From positions 1,116,001-1,180,000 of the forward strand of contig CATNEN010000003.1 of NCBI GenBank assembly GCA_950097015.1: a DNA stretch of 64,000 bases. Reading direction: 5' to 3'. A program made the position numbers and the translations under genes. Of the stretch, positions 61,809 through 64,000 are shown piece by piece. Every line of letters starts with the position of its first letter. Positions within the stretch are counted from its first letter, which is position 1. Source of the DNA: Macrostomum hystrix (Eukaryota; Animalia; Platyhelminthes). Under the pieces are notes generated by a model. That model was not told the DNA's origin and made no database searches. It was given only the letters and a program-made list of their open reading frames with translations.

Positions 61809-63193
61809 TTTGCTCTTGGCGAATTGGCTGCAATATTTCAGGGGTTGCGTTTTGTAATGTTTATGAATGTCTCAGTGCTAAAAATAACTAGCATTTGAAA
61901 GGCTCTATACAAATTTGTGAAAAATAAAGGCGACGAAGTCTCCTAATATCACTACTTTCAGGTGCTCATAAAAGGCAGACAAAAACAAGGCACAGCGAAA
62001 GTAGTATAACAAGGCTTCGTCGCTTTTCTTTTTCAGAAATTATTTATCAGAGTACAGTGCATGACGATAAGAAAGTCTGGGCAGATGTGTACACCTCTGT
62101 ATGAGTGCGTGCTTGCGTACAGTATTTGTGTGCATGTGTGCACCAAGCAGTCAGTGAAATGAGCAGAATTGGCAATTCGCTGGTTGCGGCCTGCGTGTCT
62201 GTTGTCCCATAATGATGGGCCACTTCCCACAGCCCTGTGCAAATATTATACTATTATGATTACTATAGCATCTGTTGGGGTATTCGGAATTTGAGGACTT
62301 TTAAGAAAGGCACGTTGTTTTTTATGCTGAAAAGCAAATATTTGGCTAAAATACTCTAAATTAGTTTTCTAATTCTTTTTCAGTATTTGATTTTCCTATT
62401 TAAAAGCTTCCTTTTATAAGTAAAGTAAAACCCGCGATTTAAAGGTTTTGTTAGCTTTGTAAAATGTGCGTCAACAGCCAACCATCTAGATTCTAGGAGC
62501 ACAATTTAATAACCACATCGAAAGAACACTTTCGTTTCGTTTACATAAGCTCTCTTGCTTGAAAATGGAATCCTAATCATTTGATGCCCTGCTACTTAAA
62601 GTAAGTTTTTACTTAAAGTTTATGCTTTATTTCCTTTGAAAGGAGTTATGAGCCTAAAAAGCAAAAAGTGCAAATGAATTTCTGGAAGTATTACCTCCGA
62701 CTTGAGACGCCAGCAGTTCGAATTTATAAAGTTTTCATGAAGTCTGTTCAGTGGCAATTCCGTGGCATTCCGTTGCTGATTTGGTGTAAATAAAACTCAG
62801 ACCATTTTGGGAAGGTATTGCCGTGGCCATTCCGCAGAATTTGACCCAGCAATGCATTGCAGCAGTCACACGATATGTCCGCGGCAATTCCGCGAGAACT
62901 CCGCGACTTTTCCTCGCAGTTTTGCATAGAATATGACGGATTTCTAAAAATAGATCGGCTTGCTACACATAAGCAATGTAAACTCTTCTCTCCGTGAATG
63001 TACTTTGTTCGAAAGTGCAGCCAAGCTGTTCAATGAGATAATGGACAAACCTTTTCTGTGTACAGTTGAACGAGTCATTGCAGGGTTGAAAATATTTCTA
63101 CAGTACAATAAAGAGGAACTTTGAAAATATGCAGAAGTTGAAAGAGCTATTGATCAACTAAAAATTAGCTTTTCAATTTGCTTTACAAAATGG

Positions 63194-63528
63194 CCCCTGG
63201 CTCTGCCCCTGGCTCTGCCCCTGGCTCTGCCCCTGGCTCTGCCCCTGGCTCTGCCCCTGGCTCTGCCCCTGGCTCTGCCCCTGGCTCTGCCCCTGGCTCT
63301 GCCCCTGGCTCTGCCCCTGGCTCTGCCCCTGGCTCTGCCCCTGGCTCTGCCCCTGGCTCTGCCCCTGGCTCTGCCCCTGGCTCTGCCCCTGGCTCTGCCC
63401 CTGGCTCTGCCCCTGGCTCTGCCCCTGGCTCTGCCCCTGGCTCTGCCCCTGGCTCTGCCCCTGGCTCTGCCCCTGGCTCTGCCCCTGGCTCTGCCCCTGG
63501 CTCTGCCCCTGGCTCTGCCCCTGGCTCT
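63194..63528. repeat. 12-bp perfect minisatellite GCCCCTGGCTCT x~28
   Basis: Perfect tandem units. Confidence 0.95.
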
Positions 63529-63835
63529 TGGGATTGGGATTTCAGAGAATCATATTCACAAAAACAATTTTGAAATATCTAACTGGAAATGCAGGTGCCT
63601 TGTTGGAGAAGTAAGGGCAATGGCTAATTAATGTAGAAGAGCACAGAAGAAAGGTTTGTTGGAAAGCAAGGGAGTGGTATTGTATATATACAGGCAGAGA
63701 GAGTTCTAGAACTATCCGTAAAAGGCAGGATGGAAGTTTCCTGAATTTTAGTTCCTAAAATAATATTATAATAATATAATATATAAATGTGCGAAAAATG
63801 CAAAAAAACATTTTGTGTTTCAGGTTCTGAAAATG

Positions 63836-64000
63836 TCAAAATTTCTCAGGTTGAGGCGAAGGGCATCTTTGGACATCATTTTCCATAGTAAACAATATTT
63901 GCGGATCTTGCAGTAACGAGTCAAATTGTGAATTTCCATTTGGCGCTTCAAATTTCTGATTGATGAGCTGACAAGTTTCCGCTTTAGCCAGCGTCAGAGC
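63836..64000 (-). CDS. Family A copy A8, 3' end only (duplicate of A7, runs off the window)
   Basis: Identical to the 3' coding end of A7 (stop at 63836, ...QRCPSPQPEKF). The 3' flank is similar for about 130 bp. Confidence 0.75.
   Translation of the reverse strand, partial: ALTLAKAETCQLINQKFEAPNGNSQFDSLLQDPQILFTMENDVQRCPSPQPEKF

Noticed and set aside
63178-63573. (APGS)n protein, and likewise the (LLRT)n/(CSEH)n ORFs at 29309-29768
   Set aside because: 12-bp repeats, with no wobble variation at 63194-63528, and no supporting gene structure.

Overview
Repeat-rich eukaryotic (animal) genomic DNA with short GT-AG introns. The style is reminiscent of the flatworm Macrostomum, but that is an inference, not a database match. 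Most ORF-track entries are exon fragments or shadow ORFs. Manual splicing shows a head-to-tail cluster of minus-strand genes for single-pass type I membrane proteins in two families. Family A (signal peptide, Cys/Trp CUB-like domain, atypical C-type-lectin-like domain, TM, variable tail) has six apparently intact copies, one pseudogene broken by a Gypsy element and one copy cut by the window edge. Family B (signal peptide, discoidin/F5-8C-like domain, several Ig-like domains, TM, tail with a conserved GH[FY]E[TS]DG motif) has two copies that share a near-identical N-terminal tract. The cluster is interleaved with a truncated Mag-type Ty3/Gypsy element, several LINE fragments, hAT and TA-TSD MITEs, a BEL/Pao relic and many minisatellites. 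At about 57-59 kb there is an intronless, decayed, very divergent TBP-fold gene facing a possible PC4-like relic, which may be a viral or Polinton-like remnant.
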